From the NCBI GenBank assembly GCA_913042895.1, contig CAJWMQ010000002.1, positions 1 to 53,692 on the forward strand: DNA of 53,692 bases. The letters run 5' to 3'. The first letter of the stretch is position 1; each line of letters begins with the position of its first letter. Below the pieces are notes generated by a model, which saw nothing but the letters and a program-made list of their open reading frames with translations, ran no database searches and was not told the origin of the DNA. Position numbers and translations under genes: made by a program. This DNA is from an uncultured Verrucomicrobiales bacterium (GTDB lineage Bacteria > Verrucomicrobiota > Verrucomicrobiia > Limisphaerales > UBA1100). Below are positions 53,687 to 53,692 of the stretch, in pieces.

Positions 53687-53692
53687 GTCTCT

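Overview
This is a gene-dense, almost gap-free chromosomal segment with about 60 CDS and one tRNA. It reads as core genome of a PVC-superphylum bacterium, most likely Verrucomicrobiota-like. That placement is an inference from prepilin-type/DUF1559 proteins, PQQ-like beta-propellers starting DWPQWRGPNRDG, a formylglycine-type sulfatase and Gfo/Idh/MocA genes.

Gene order:
- initiator tRNA-fMet
- bcp, pgsA, gltX, panE, HU
- aguB-gluQ
- two tandem mini-pilin genes
- a Yej/Opp-type peptide ABC importer (yejB-yejE-yejA-ATPase-ATPase)
- an MqnA/MqnD-family gene plus an aldo/keto reductase
- dnaB-bamA-skp
- prs-ctc-pth-rpsF-ssb-rplI
- purE
- dsbD plus an orphan lipoprotein
- iscA-hscB
- two PQQ-like propellers
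- uvrD/pcrA
- bifunctional nuclease-holA-STAS
- rfaE2, guaB
- exbB-exbD-tonB-like-zinc-ribbon
- dimeric dUTPase-hpt-moaD-moaE
- purU-xth
- MFS transporter
- sulfatase, qor, Gfo/Idh/MocA, esterase, DUF1559 protein, Zn-ADH
- merC-like plus fur-family regulator

Many gene junctions are translationally coupled by 1-4 nt stop/start overlaps (ATGA, TGATG, TAGTG).

I see no CRISPR array, transposase, integrase, phage genes or recognisable defence genes. I also see no island made purely of unknowns, so I do not claim a new multi-gene system with confidence.

The most unusual things I can support from the sequence are:
1. A canonical EF-hand/dockerin-like Ca2+-loop pair, plus a second insert, inside the periplasmic loops of the YejB-type permease.
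2. A tandem mini-pilin pair in which the second copy has a degenerate processing motif.
3. An ExbB-ExbD-TonB-like operon ending in a translationally coupled membrane-anchored zinc-ribbon protein.
4. A nuclease-holA-STAS coupled operon.
5. A BamB-like propeller with a BamE-like C-terminal module.
6. A highly acidic repeat insert in BamA.
7. An uncharacterised lipoprotein co-transcribed with dsbD.

All functional calls rest on motif recognition by eye. No database search was run.
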